This document shows, piece after piece, positions 53,574-63,916 of a DNA stretch of 64,000 bases. Origin of the DNA: an uncultured Actinomycetota bacterium (GTDB lineage Bacteria > Actinomycetota > Actinomycetes > Actinomycetales > JAHECE01); assembly GCA_963780675.1 (NCBI GenBank), contig CAWACR010000008.1, forward strand, positions 77,146-141,145. The letters are read 5' to 3'. Numbering within the stretch: the stretch's first letter is position 1; every line of letters begins with the position of its first letter. The notes beneath the pieces are model-generated. The model saw nothing but the letters and a program-made list of their open reading frames with translations. It had not been told where the DNA came from and made no database searches. A program made the position numbers and the translations under genes.

Positions 53574-55163
53574 GTGAGTGCTCTTCCGATCGCGGCGACG
53601 AGCCCGGGGGCAAATCCCCTCGTGCTCGCGCGCGGCGTGGTGGAGGCTCTGCGGGAACTGGCTGCTCGGGCGGATGCCACGTTCGCTCCCGGGTGGGCGT
53701 GGGAGGAGCGCTCGTCGGTGATCGCCGCGCTCGACCGGGCCACCGAGCTCATCGGGCTGTATCGCTCACGGGTGCTGTCCGCGCACAAGGAGGACGGGCG
53801 GTGGTCCCGGAGCGGGGATCGCTCGTTCGAGTCCTACCGGGGCCGCACCACGGGCACCGGCACTGGAGCGGCGCGAGCCGAGATGGAGCTGGCGGACGGG
53901 CTCGCCGCGTTGCCCCAGGCGGCCCGAGCGGTCGAGGACGGGCAGGTCTCCCTGGCGCACGCCGAGGTCCTGACCCGCCTGCGGGCCCGTTCCAGCGGAT
54001 CCGTGCAGCACGCCCTCGACGCGGGCGGTGCAGCCGAGCTGCTCGCGGCGGCCGGAGGGCTGGACGCGCCGACCTTCGCCCGGCGCGCCGCGGCGTGGGC
54101 GGCCGCACAAGACGTGGAGGCGGCCGAGCGCTCGTTCGAGGGCGTACGGACCCGCCGCTACGGGCGGATCGTCGACCGCGACGGCGGCACGAAGATCGAC
54201 GCGTTCGTCGACCCCGTGGTCGGCGCCACGTTCCGCACTGCCCTCGAGGCCGTCACGCCCGTCCCCGGAGCCGATGACGACCGCACGTCGGGGCAGCGTT
54301 GCGCGGATGCGTTCGCGCTCCTCGCCGCCCGTGCTCTGGACTCCGGGTCGGACAAGATCGGCGCGCAGATCCGCCCCCACATCTCGCTTATCGTCCCCGC
54401 CGAGACCTGGGCGGCCACCCGCGAACGACGGAGCGGCGACGGCGCCGCGTTCGGCCTCGGTTCCGGCGGCACGCTCGTGATGCCGGAGCTCGACGACGGC
54501 ACCGTCATCCCCCTGTCCGAGCTGGAGCGCATCGCGTGCGACTGCGAGCTCACCCGCGTCGTCATGGACTCCGACGGCATCCCGCTGGACGTCGGCCAGA
54601 CCGAGCGCACCTATTCGAAGTCGCTGCGTCGGTCGATCCTCGTCCGCGACGGGCACTGCCAGTGGCCGGGCTGCACCCTGCGTGCCTCATGGTGCGACGT
54701 CCACCACGTGACCTGGTTCTCCCACGGCGGCGAGACCTCCGCGCGCAATGCCCTCACGCTCTGCGTCTTTCACCACCACGAGGTCCACCGCCGCCACGTG
54801 GCGATCGCCCCCACGGCGCGAGGGCACACGTTCACCCACCGCGACGGCACTGTCATCGGCACCACTACCCGCGACTCCGGCATCCTGCGCATGCTCGTCC
54901 CCAGGCGAGACGGCCCCGCCGACGGTGACGGGCAGGTGCGACCCCAGGACGGGAACGGGCAGGTGCAGCCCCCGGATGGCCGGCCTCGCGGCGCGGACGG
55001 GGGGAACAACTCGGTGGCGGGCGCCCAACGCGCCGGCCGGCTCGACCTCGACGGCGGCCTGGAGCAGGTGCGTCGCGACGGGCCCGGGAACCCGAGGGAA
55101 CTCGCCGGCCCCGCCGAGCGGAGTCGCCGCGGGCAGCCGCCGCCCACCGGCGAGCTGTTCTGA
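53574..55163 (+). CDS. DUF222 (13E12-like) domain protein with C-terminal HNH endonuclease
   Basis: RIACDC, PLDVGQTER, RDGHCQWPGC....WCDVHHV..FSHGGET..N..TLC.FHH. GTG follows GGAGGG. Confidence 0.88.
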   Translation: MSALPIAATSPGANPLVLARGVVEALRELAARADATFAPGWAWEERSSVIAALDRATELIGLYRSRVLSAHKEDGRWSRSGDRSFESYRGRTTGTGTGAARAEMELADGLAALPQAARAVEDGQVSLAHAEVLTRLRARSSGSVQHALDAGGAAELLAAAGGLDAPTFARRAAAWAAAQDVEAAERSFEGVRTRRYGRIVDRDGGTKIDAFVDPVVGATFRTALEAVTPVPGADDDRTSGQRCADAFALLAARALDSGSDKIGAQIRPHISLIVPAETWAATRERRSGDGAAFGLGSGGTLVMPELDDGTVIPLSELERIACDCELTRVVMDSDGIPLDVGQTERTYSKSLRRSILVRDGHCQWPGCTLRASWCDVHHVTWFSHGGETSARNALTLCVFHHHEVHRRHVAIAPTARGHTFTHRDGTVIGTTTRDSGILRMLVPRRDGPADGDGQVRPQDGNGQVQPPDGRPRGADGGNNSVAGAQRAGRLDLDGGLEQVRRDGPGNPRELAGPAERSRRGQPPPTGELF

Positions 55164-55257
55164 GGTGCGTCGCATGGAGAGCCTCGGCCCCGCGGTGCGT
55201 GACGTCCTCCGTGACCGGGCGAGGTCGCGTATCCACGTGGCGGAGGCCGCGACCGCC

Positions 55258-56574
55258 CTACGCTTCGGGTGGCTCGATCCCGTGCAGCAGGCGGAGGGCC
55301 ATGAGGTAGTCCTCGACCAGACCGGCCCGCGCCGCGTCCCGCGCCCGCACGGACGGCGTGTGCAGGAGCGTCGCGGCGAGGCGGCGCATCGCGCGCTCGA
55401 CCTGCTCGGCCGGCACGTTCCCGCGGGGCAGCCTGGCGATCTCCGCCTCGACGGCCGCCTGGACGTGTTCCCGCAGCGCCACGACGGCGTGGTCGATGGC
55501 CCGCTCGGCGAGCGCCCCCTCGAACTGCTCCGCAGCGGTCTCCACGATCGCCGCGGCCCGGGCCAGCTGCTCGTCGCGCACGTCCGGCGCGTGCTCGCGC
55601 ACGGCGGCGAGGTCGATGAGCGCGACGCCGTTGAGCGCCCCCACCGCCGGGTCCACGTCCCGCTGGAGGGAGAGGTCGACGACGACGAGCGGCCGGTCCC
55701 CGCGCTCGCTCGCCGGCCGGGCCGCCTCCACCTGGGCGGCGTCGAGCACCGGCGTCAGCGATCCGCTGCAGGCGACCACGAGGTCGGCCTCGCCCAGCGC
55801 GCCGAGGAGCCCATCTCCGGGCACCGCCCGGACGTCGCGCGCGAGGGCGAACTCCTGGGCGCGCCCCGAGGCGGAGAAGACCGCGACGTCACGGCACCCG
55901 CGCGCCCGCAGGGCCGCGAGGCTCACCCCTGCGTACGAGCCGGTGCCGATGAGCAGCACGCGCACCTCGTCCCACGGCGGCGCCGTCGCCCCGGCACCCC
56001 GCGCACCCGAAGCCCGCGTACCCGAGGCCCCCGCCCCGGCGAACCGCGCCTGCGCGAGGTCGAGCGCCACCCCCACCACGGATCGGCCGAGGGTCCCGAG
56101 CCCCGCATGGGCCTCGACGGTGCGCGAGGACCGCGCGGCGTTGGCGAAGAGCCGCTCGAGATCCCCGGTGGCGGCGGCGTGCTCTTGGGCCAGCGCGAAG
56201 GCCCGGCGCACCTGGCCCGCGATCTCCCGCTCCCCGACCACCATCGAGTCCAGGCCCGCCGCGACGGCGAAGAGGTGCCGGGCGACGTCGGTCCCGGTCC
56301 GCAGGCGCAGCGCGCCACGCACCTCGTCCTCGTCGGCGTCGGAGGCGGCCCCGACCGTCCCGATCACCCGGTCGACCGCCGTCGAGAGCTCCTCGGTGTC
56401 CGGGACGTCGAGGTAGATCTCGAACCTGTTGCAGGTCGCGAGGACGACGGCGCCCCGGACGGGTCCGCCGGCGGCGACGACCCCCCGCGCCACGCCCTCG
56501 GCGCCGACACTGAGCCGCTCCAGCGTGGCCAGGTCCAGGTCGTGGTGGCTGGCGGACAGGGACACGAGGGCCAC
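55258..56574 (-). CDS. hemA: Glutamyl-tRNA reductase
   Basis: LATCNRFEIY, HLFAVAAGLDSMVVGEREI.GQV, LIGTG, DLS..RDVD and LLHTP. Confidence 0.94.
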   Translation of the reverse strand: MALVSLSASHHDLDLATLERLSVGAEGVARGVVAAGGPVRGAVVLATCNRFEIYLDVPDTEELSTAVDRVIGTVGAASDADEDEVRGALRLRTGTDVARHLFAVAAGLDSMVVGEREIAGQVRRAFALAQEHAAATGDLERLFANAARSSRTVEAHAGLGTLGRSVVGVALDLAQARFAGAGASGTRASGARGAGATAPPWDEVRVLLIGTGSYAGVSLAALRARGCRDVAVFSASGRAQEFALARDVRAVPGDGLLGALGEADLVVACSGSLTPVLDAAQVEAARPASERGDRPLVVVDLSLQRDVDPAVGALNGVALIDLAAVREHAPDVRDEQLARAAAIVETAAEQFEGALAERAIDHAVVALREHVQAAVEAEIARLPRGNVPAEQVERAMRRLAATLLHTPSVRARDAARAGLVEDYLMALRLLHGIEPPEA

Positions 56575-56622
56575 AGGGCTCGCCGTCCTCCTCATCACAC
56601 TCGCTGGGGCACAATCTGCCGG

Positions 56623-57693
56623 GTGACGCTCCCCGAGAACCACCCGCTCGTCGATGGTCGCACGGCGGGCACCCCGCTCGTCCGAGCGTTCCGCGGCCAG
56701 CGCCCGACCGTACCCCCCGTGTGGTTCATGCGTCAGGCGGGACGCTCCCTCCCCGAGTACCGAACCGCGCGCGCCGGCACGGCCATGCTCGACGCCTGCC
56801 TCACCCCCGCCCTCGCCGCCGAGATCACGCTCCAGCCCGTCCGCCGCCACGGCGTGGACGCCGCGATCTTCTTCAGCGACATCGTGGTTCCCTTCCGGCT
56901 GGCGGGCGTCGACGTCGACATCGCCTCCGGCATCGGTCCCGTGTTCGGCGCCCCCGCGCGCACCCGGGCAGACGTGGACAGGCTCATCGAGGCGACCCCC
57001 GTGCTCGACGGCGCCCGCCTCGCTCCGGTGACCGACGGTGTCCGCCGGACCGTGGCGGCCCTCGGCACCACCCCCCTCATCGGCTTCGCCGGCGCCCCCT
57101 TCACCCTCGCCGCGTACCTCGTCGAGGGCCGCCCCTCGCGCGACCACCTCGGCGCCCGACGCCTGATGCACGCCGACCCCGGCGCCTGGTCGGCCCTCAC
57201 CGAGTGGGCCGCCGACCTCACCGGCGCCTTCCTGCGGGCCCAGGTGCTCGCCGGCGCGAGCGCCGTCCAGCTCTTCGACTCCTGGGCCGGATCCCTCTCC
57301 CTCGCGGACTACTCCACCCACGTCGCCCCGGCGAGCGCCCGCGCCCTGTCCCACGTGCGGGACCTCGGCGTGCCGATCGTCCACTTCGGCACCGGCACCG
57401 GGCACCTGCTGCGCGCGATGCGCGAGGTGGGGGCCGACGTCGTCGGTGTCGACTACCGCACGCCCCTCGACGAGGCCAACCGCACCCTCGGCGGCCGTAC
57501 CCCGCTGCAGGGCAACCTGGACCCCGCGCTGCTCGCCGCGCCCTGGCCCGTGCTCGAGGACGCCGTGCGCGACGTCGTCCGCCGCGGCCTCGACGCCCCC
57601 GCCCACGTCGTCAACCTCGGCCACGGCGTCCCCCCGGACACCGACCCCGACGTGCTCACCCGCGTGGTCGAGCTCGTCCACACCCTGATCTGA
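56623..57693 (+). CDS. hemE: Uroporphyrinogen decarboxylase
   Basis: PVWFMRQAGRSLPEY, FSDIV, GFAGAPFTLAAY, QLFDSW, QGNLDP and NLGHG. Confidence 0.95.
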   Translation: MTLPENHPLVDGRTAGTPLVRAFRGQRPTVPPVWFMRQAGRSLPEYRTARAGTAMLDACLTPALAAEITLQPVRRHGVDAAIFFSDIVVPFRLAGVDVDIASGIGPVFGAPARTRADVDRLIEATPVLDGARLAPVTDGVRRTVAALGTTPLIGFAGAPFTLAAYLVEGRPSRDHLGARRLMHADPGAWSALTEWAADLTGAFLRAQVLAGASAVQLFDSWAGSLSLADYSTHVAPASARALSHVRDLGVPIVHFGTGTGHLLRAMREVGADVVGVDYRTPLDEANRTLGGRTPLQGNLDPALLAAPWPVLEDAVRDVVRRGLDAPAHVVNLGHGVPPDTDPDVLTRVVELVHTLI

Positions 57694-57743
57694 CGGCTGC
57701 TCCGTGCGACACAGCCGGCGCCACGGGCGAGAATGACACGGAC

Positions 57744-58757
57744 ATGCCCACCACCCCGCGCCCGCCCACCCGCCCTGCCGGCACCCTGCGCCTGGGCACC
57801 CGCGCCAGCACCCTCGCCCTCACCCAGAGCGGCCTGGCCGCGGAGTCGCTCCGTGCGCTGGGGTGGACGGTGGAGCTCGTCCCGATCCGCACCGACGGCG
57901 ACCGGCTCACCGGCTCCCTCGCCTCGCTCGGCGGCACGGGCGTGTTCGTCACCGCGCTGCGCGAGGCCCTCCTCGCCGGGACCTGCGACATCGCCGTCCA
58001 CTCCCTCAAGGACCTCCCCACGGCGCCGGCCCCCGGCATCGCCCTGGCCGCCGTCCCCGAGCGGGAGGACCCGCGCGACGCCCTGTGCGCCCGGAACGGC
58101 TGGACCCTCGCCGACCTGCCCGACGGCGCCCGCGTCGGCACCGGGTCCCCGCGCCGGGCCGCGCAGCTGCGGCTCGCCCGCCCCGACCTCGACGTGGTCG
58201 ACATCCGCGGCAACGTCGACACGCGCCTTCGCCGCCTGGCGGGGCCCGACGACGACGGCGCGCTCCCGGCGGGCGGCCTGGACGCCGTCGTCCTCGCCCG
58301 GGCGGGCCTGGCGCGCCTCGGGCGCCTGGACGCCGTCAGCGAGGTCCTCGACCCCTCGGTGATGACGCCCGCACCCGGTCAGGGGGCGCTCGCGATCGAG
58401 TGCCGCGCCGACGACGTCGCCCGGCTCGCCGGGCCGACCGGCCTCGGCGCCCTCGAGCACGCCCCCACGCGCCTCGCCGTGACGGCGGAGCGCGCCGTGC
58501 TGGCCCGGCTCGGCGCCGGGTGCAGCGCGCCCGTCGGAGCGCTGGGTCACGTGCGCCCCGGCGGCGCCCTGGACCTCGAGGCCGTGACCGTCACAGCCGA
58601 CGGCGCGGCCGTCCGCATCAGGGCGAGCACCGCCCCCGCCACGATCGACTCCGCCGTCCGCCTGGGGGAGCGGCTCGCCGACGAGCTCCTCTCCCACGGC
58701 CCGCGCGCGACCCCCTCTCCCGATCCGAGCACCCCGAGGCGCCTCCATGGCCGATAA
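57744..58757 (+). CDS. hemC: Hydroxymethylbilane synthase
   Basis: LGTRASTLALTQ, AVHSLKDLP, GTGSPRR, IRGNVDTRL, PAPGQGAL and GCSAPVG. Confidence 0.95.
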   Translation: MPTTPRPPTRPAGTLRLGTRASTLALTQSGLAAESLRALGWTVELVPIRTDGDRLTGSLASLGGTGVFVTALREALLAGTCDIAVHSLKDLPTAPAPGIALAAVPEREDPRDALCARNGWTLADLPDGARVGTGSPRRAAQLRLARPDLDVVDIRGNVDTRLRRLAGPDDDGALPAGGLDAVVLARAGLARLGRLDAVSEVLDPSVMTPAPGQGALAIECRADDVARLAGPTGLGALEHAPTRLAVTAERAVLARLGAGCSAPVGALGHVRPGGALDLEAVTVTADGAAVRIRASTAPATIDSAVRLGERLADELLSHGPRATPSPDPSTPRRLHGR

Positions 58758-59682
58758 CGCACCGCCGCCCGCGAAGTCCCCGCGCATCCTCGTGCCCCGG
58801 CCGGCCGAGCGGTCGGGCGCCCTCATGCGGGCGTTGCGGGCCGCGGGCTACGAACCCGACCTGGTGCCGCTCATCCGGATCGAGCCGGCCGACGACCCCG
58901 ACCTCATCATCGACCTGGTCGGGGCGCTGACCACGGGGCGGTTCGGCTGGCTGGCCGTGAGCAGCGCGAGCGCGGTCCCACCCCTCGTGGACGCCGCCGC
59001 GCAGCTCGGCATGGACCTGCCGGACGCGCTGCGCGGCACCCGCGTCGGCGCCGTCGGGAAGGCCACCGCCGCGGCCCTGCGCGCCGCGGGGGTCACGGTG
59101 GACCTCGTGGCGAAGCGGTCCTCGGCCGAGGGGCTCGTCGCGGACTGGCCCGCGCCGTCGGACTTCCCGCACCACCCGGCCCGGGTCCTCCTGCCCCACG
59201 GGGACCTGGCCGAGTCCACCCTCGCCGACGGGCTCCGCGCGCGCGGGTGGGCCGTCCGGACCGTCGTCGCGTATCACACCGCGACCGTGGATCCCCCTCC
59301 GCGGGTGCGGAACGGCTGGCGGCGCGGGGACTACTCCGGCGTGATCCTCACCTCGAGCAGCACGGCCCGCCAGCTGGTCGCGGCCCTGGGACCGCCGCCG
59401 CCCGGGATGCCCGTCTGCTGCATCGGCGAGACGACGGCGGCCACGGCGCGCACGCTCGGCCTCACCGTCTCGGTGGCGAGCGAACCGAGCCCGTCGGGGC
59501 TCGTGGCCGGGCTCCGCAAGGCGGCCGAGCGAGCGGCCGCTGCCGCCGCGACGGCACAGCCGACGGCACAGCCGACGGCCGGTAAGCCAGCTGCTCAGCC
59601 GGGGGGTCAGCCGACGGCCGGTCAGCAGGCGGCCGGTCAGCAGACGACGACGGCGCACCCGGCCCCCGCCACGGAGGCCTGA
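58747..59682 (+). CDS. hemD: Uroporphyrinogen-III synthase
   Basis: [26 protein letters not shown] and CIGETTA; operon position; repetitive Q/A/P tail. Confidence 0.88.
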   Translation: MADNAPPPAKSPRILVPRPAERSGALMRALRAAGYEPDLVPLIRIEPADDPDLIIDLVGALTTGRFGWLAVSSASAVPPLVDAAAQLGMDLPDALRGTRVGAVGKATAAALRAAGVTVDLVAKRSSAEGLVADWPAPSDFPHHPARVLLPHGDLAESTLADGLRARGWAVRTVVAYHTATVDPPPRVRNGWRRGDYSGVILTSSSTARQLVAALGPPPPGMPVCCIGETTAATARTLGLTVSVASEPSPSGLVAGLRKAAERAAAAAATAQPTAQPTAGKPAAQPGGQPTAGQQAAGQQTTTAHPAPATEA

Positions 59683-59683
59683 C

Positions 59684-60661
59684 GTGGCCCTACCCGTCCG
59701 GCCCCGCCGGCTGCGGTCGTCGGCGGCGATGCGGCGCCTCGTCGCCGAGCACAGGCTGCACCCGGCCGACCTCGTGCTGCCGTTGTTCGTCAAGGAGGGC
59801 CTGAGCGAGCCGGCGCCGGTGCCCTCGCTCCCCGGCGTCGTCCAGCACTCCCTTGCGAGCCTGCCGGGCGCCGTCGAGCGGGCCGCCGCCGCCGGCCTGG
59901 GCGGGGTCATGCTGTTCGGGATCCCCACGGTGCGCGACGCCGTCGGGAGCCAGGCTACGGACCCGGGCGGGATCCTCAACCGGGGGATCGGGGCGGCCTG
60001 CGCGGCAACGGGCGGTGACCTCGTGGTGATGAGCGACCTGTGCCTCGACGAGTTCACCGACCACGGTCACTGCGGGGTGCTCGACGCCGCGGGCCGGGTC
60101 GACAACGACGCCACCCTCGCGAGGTATGCCGAGATGGCGGTGGTGCAGGCCGAGGCCGGGGCGCACGTCCTGGGGCTGTCGGGGATGATGGACGGCCAGG
60201 TCGCCGCGGTGCGCGAGGCGCTCGACGGTGCGGGCCACCCCGAGACGGCCGTCCTCGCCTACGCGGCCAAGTACGCCTCGGCGTTCTACGGGCCGTTCCG
60301 CGACGCCGTCGACTCATGTTTCACGGGAAACCGTCGCGACTACCAGCTCGACCCGCCGAACCGGCGCGACGGGCTGCGCGAGGCGACGCTCGACGTCGCC
60401 GAGGGCGCGGACATCGTCATGGTGAAGCCGGCCCTGGGGTACCTCGACGTGCTCGCGGACGTGGCGGCCACCTCGCCCGTGCCGGTCGCGTCCTACCAGG
60501 TCTCCGGGGAGTACGCGATGGTCGAGGCCGCCGCGGAGCGCGGGTGGGTGGACCGCCGGGCCGCGATCCTGGAGTCGCTCGTGAGCATCCGGCGGGCGGG
60601 CGCGGACATCGTGCTGACGTACTGGGCGGTCGAGGTGGCGGGGTGGCTGCGGGATGGGTGA
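59684..60661 (+). CDS. hemB: Porphobilinogen synthase
   Basis: [44 protein letters not shown] and YQVSGEY. Confidence 0.96.
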   Translation: MALPVRPRRLRSSAAMRRLVAEHRLHPADLVLPLFVKEGLSEPAPVPSLPGVVQHSLASLPGAVERAAAAGLGGVMLFGIPTVRDAVGSQATDPGGILNRGIGAACAATGGDLVVMSDLCLDEFTDHGHCGVLDAAGRVDNDATLARYAEMAVVQAEAGAHVLGLSGMMDGQVAAVREALDGAGHPETAVLAYAAKYASAFYGPFRDAVDSCFTGNRRDYQLDPPNRRDGLREATLDVAEGADIVMVKPALGYLDVLADVAATSPVPVASYQVSGEYAMVEAAAERGWVDRRAAILESLVSIRRAGADIVLTYWAVEVAGWLRDG

Positions 60662-62030
60662 GATGAGCGCGCTGTTCGAGCGGGCCCGCGCGGTGATCCC
60701 GGGCGGGGTGAACTCGCCGGTGCGGGCGTACGGATCCGTGGGCGGGACGCCGCGGTTCATCGCGCGCGCCGCGGGACCGCTGGTGTGGGACACCGAGGGG
60801 CGCGAGTACGTCGATCTCGTGTGCTCATGGGGCCCGGCGCTGCTCGGGCACGCGCACCCCGCCGTCGTCGAGGCCGTGCAGGCCGCCGCCGCGCGCGGGC
60901 TGTCGTTCGGGGCGCCGACGCTCGGCGAGGTCGAGCTCGCCGAAGAGGTCGCCGCGCGGGTGGGGCCTGTGGAGCGCGTCCGCTTCGTGTCCACCGGGAC
61001 CGAGGCGACGATGACGGCGGTGCGGTTGGCGCGCGGAGCGACGGGGCGTCCGCTCGTCGTCAAGTTCGCCGGCTGCTACCACGGGCACGTCGACGCGCTC
61101 CTGGCGGCGGCGGGTTCGGGGGTGGCGACCCTCGCCCTTCCGGGGTCCGCAGGGGTCACGGCCGCGACCGCGGCCGAGACGCTCGTGCTCCCCTACAACG
61201 ACCTCGGCGCCGTCGAGGCCGCCTTCGCGGCACACGGCGACAGGATCGCGGCGGTGATCACCGAGGCGGCGCCGGCGAACATGGGCGTCGTGCCGCCGTC
61301 GGAGGGCTTCAACGCGGCGCTCGCGGCGATCACGCGGGCGCACGGCGCGCTCCTGGTCCTGGACGAGGTGCTGACGGGCTTCCGCGTGCACCCCGCCGGG
61401 TGGTGGGGCCACGAGCACGACGGCGGCCGCGCGCCGTCGTCGGGCTCGCCGGTGTCCGCGCCGGCGGGCTCGCCGCCCGGCCGTGCGCGCGACTGGGCGC
61501 CGGACCTGTTCACCTTCGGGAAGGTGATCGGCGGCGGGATGCCCGTCGCCGCGATCGCCGGGCGGGCCGAGGTGATGGAGCTGCTCGCGCCGGTGGGGCC
61601 CGTCTACCAGGCGGGGACGCTGTCGGGGAACCCGGTGGCGACCGCCGCGGGGCTCGCCACCCTGCGCGCCGCCGACGCGGCGGTGTACGCGCGGGTGGAC
61701 GCGGTGGCGGAGGTCCTGGCCCGCGAGGTGGGGCGGGCGTTGGACGCCGAGGGCGTCCCGCACCGGGTGCAGCGCGCCGGGAACCTGTTCTCGGTGATGT
61801 TCGGCCTGGCCGCGGCCGGGCGTGGCGTGCACGACTACGCGGAAGCCCAGGCCCAGGAGACGTTTCGGTACCCGCCGTTCTTCCACGCGATGCTGGACGC
61901 GGGGATCTCGCTCCCGCCGTCGGTCTTCGAGGCGTGGTTCGTGTCCGCGGCGCACGACGACGACGCCGTCGGGCGCATCCTCGACGCGCTGCCGGGGGCG
62001 GCACGGGCGGCCGGCGAGGCTGCCGGGTAG
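60654..62030 (+). CDS. hemL: Glutamate-1-semialdehyde 2,1-aminomutase
   Basis: [40 protein letters not shown] and [10 protein letters not shown]. Confidence 0.96.
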   Translation: MGEMSALFERARAVIPGGVNSPVRAYGSVGGTPRFIARAAGPLVWDTEGREYVDLVCSWGPALLGHAHPAVVEAVQAAAARGLSFGAPTLGEVELAEEVAARVGPVERVRFVSTGTEATMTAVRLARGATGRPLVVKFAGCYHGHVDALLAAAGSGVATLALPGSAGVTAATAAETLVLPYNDLGAVEAAFAAHGDRIAAVITEAAPANMGVVPPSEGFNAALAAITRAHGALLVLDEVLTGFRVHPAGWWGHEHDGGRAPSSGSPVSAPAGSPPGRARDWAPDLFTFGKVIGGGMPVAAIAGRAEVMELLAPVGPVYQAGTLSGNPVATAAGLATLRAADAAVYARVDAVAEVLAREVGRALDAEGVPHRVQRAGNLFSVMFGLAAAGRGVHDYAEAQAQETFRYPPFFHAMLDAGISLPPSVFEAWFVSAAHDDDAVGRILDALPGAARAAGEAAG

Positions 62031-62110
62031 GCCGGGGAGGCGCGCCGATCAGGGGAAGGGGCCCGCACGGCGCACCAACGGCAGACTGGCTGCGGGAGCG
62101 AGGAGGACCG

Positions 62111-62731
62111 ATGACACCGCAGGACGGCACCGACGAGGTCCGGGCACCCCTGGTCCTCCAGATCGCCCACCTGCGCCGGCGCATCGCGTGGCTCGAGAGC
62201 CTCCTGGACGGGCGCGAGGGCCAGGCCGATCAGGTCGCCGAACCGGCCGACGTCGCCCAGGTCCTCGCCGCGGATCCCGATGCCGACACCACGATCCACG
62301 CGTTCCTCGAGGACGTCCGCGCCGACGCCCGGTTCGCGGCCGTCACGGAGCTCGCCGATCAGCAAGCCGATGTCGTGACCGCCTACCTGGCGCGCGAGCG
62401 GTCTCTGGCATCCGTCGCAGCCACCGTGGAGGAGATCCGCGCAGCGGCCGAGCGCGAGGCGCAGAGCCCCGCCGTCCGGGAAGCGCTGGGGTGGGCGCAC
62501 CGCCAGCTGGAACGGGCGATGATCACCGCCGGGCCCGTCGTCGAGGAGGCGGTCGCCGCTGAGCGCGAGCGGGTGCTGGCCGCGTCGATCGACGTGCTCG
62601 GTCTCGAGGGACTTGCCGCCGTGGAATGGGTCGCGGCCGTCAACGAGCGGGTCGCGGTGGGCTCGACCGGCCCCGGCGTGACCGCCACCCGCACGACCGA
62701 CGACGACGCCGAGCCCGCCCGCGAAGGGTGA
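62111..62731 (+). CDS. Hypothetical helical protein
   Basis: About 206 aa after a strong AGGAGG RBS, with plausible codon usage. No family recognised. Confidence 0.6.
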   Translation: MTPQDGTDEVRAPLVLQIAHLRRRIAWLESLLDGREGQADQVAEPADVAQVLAADPDADTTIHAFLEDVRADARFAAVTELADQQADVVTAYLARERSLASVAATVEEIRAAAEREAQSPAVREALGWAHRQLERAMITAGPVVEEAVAAERERVLAASIDVLGLEGLAAVEWVAAVNERVAVGSTGPGVTATRTTDDDAEPAREG

Positions 62732-62815
62732 GCGGCGCCGTTGCCGCTCGCGAAGCGAAGCCGGGCGCCGTCGTCGGCGGTGTGATCGGGAAGGTCGGCG
62801 GTGCGATCGGGAACG

Positions 62816-63916
62816 TCAGAGCCGGTGCTGCGCCACGAGCGGGCACATGAACGGGTCGCGGTCGCCCAGCCCCACCCGGTTCAGGTACTGCACCACCGTG
62901 CGGTAGGAGCGCCAGAGCGAGCTCTCCGTGTAGAGAACGCCGCGGTCGCGGCAGAACTCCGCGACGATCGGCTGCGCGCGGCGCAGGCTGGGCCGCGGCA
63001 TCGAGGGGAAGAGGTGGTGCTCCACCTGGTAGTTGAGCCCGCCGAGGGCCACGTCCGTGACCGGGCCGCCGGTGACGTTGCGGCTCATGAGCACCTGCCG
63101 ACGCAGGAAGTCGATCTTCACGTCCGGCGGGACGATGGGCATGCCCTTGTGGTTCGGCGCGAACGACGCTCCCATGTAGAGCCCGAAGACGGCGAGCTCG
63201 ACGCCGATGAACGCGAGCGCCTTGCTGGGCGAGAGCACGAGGAACACGATCGCGACGAACGAACCGAGCCGCAGAGCCAGGAACGCCGCCTCGACCCACC
63301 GGCGCTTCATCTCACCGCGCACCACGCGACGGATACCGGCGATGTGGAGATGCGCCCCCTCGAGCGTGAGCAGGGGGAAGAAGAGCCAGCCCTGGCGCTT
63401 GACGAGCCACCGGGTCAACGGGGTCTTGCGAGAGGCCGCGACGGCGGGGGTGAAGGCGAGCGCGTTCGCGCCGATGTCGGGGTCCGCGCCCTCCTTGTTG
63501 GGGTTGGCGTGGTGCTTCGTGTGCTTGTGCTGCCACCACCCGTAGCTGAGACCCACGTAGAGGTTGGCGATCACGAGGCTCGCCCACTCGTTCCACTTGC
63601 CGGAGACGAAGATCTGCCGGTGCGCGGCATCGTGCCCGAGGAACGCCAGCTGGGTCATGAAGACGGCGAGCGCCAGGGCGGTGACCATCTGCCACCAGGA
63701 GTCGCCGATCCAGACGAACGCGCCGGCGAGCGCCAGGCCCGCGAGCGTCATCAGCGCGAACTTCGTCCAGTAGTACCCGTATCGGCGACGCATGAGGCCG
63801 GCGTCCTGGACGCGGCGCGAGAGCTCGGCGAAGTCGCTGACCTGCCGCTCACGCGGCGAGCCGGGGGGACGGTCAGCGAGGGGAGGGGCGTCTGACTGGA
63901 CAGCGGAGGCGGTCAT
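62816..63916 (-). CDS. Fatty acid (acyl-CoA) desaturase
   Basis: His boxes HDAAH, HTKHH and QVEHHLFP; NKEGADPD. Confidence 0.92.
   Translation of the reverse strand: MTASAVQSDAPPLADRPPGSPRERQVSDFAELSRRVQDAGLMRRRYGYYWTKFALMTLAGLALAGAFVWIGDSWWQMVTALALAVFMTQLAFLGHDAAHRQIFVSGKWNEWASLVIANLYVGLSYGWWQHKHTKHHANPNKEGADPDIGANALAFTPAVAASRKTPLTRWLVKRQGWLFFPLLTLEGAHLHIAGIRRVVRGEMKRRWVEAAFLALRLGSFVAIVFLVLSPSKALAFIGVELAVFGLYMGASFAPNHKGMPIVPPDVKIDFLRRQVLMSRNVTGGPVTDVALGGLNYQVEHHLFPSMPRPSLRRAQPIVAEFCRDRGVLYTESSLWRSYRTVVQYLNRVGLGDRDPFMCPLVAQHRL

Noticed and set aside
48400..55260. att sites or target duplications flanking the island
   Set aside because: No convincing direct repeat, tRNA or integrase was seen.
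62773..62814. 21-nt two-copy direct repeat between convergent genes
   Set aside because: It is real but most simply a local slippage duplication with no sign of function.
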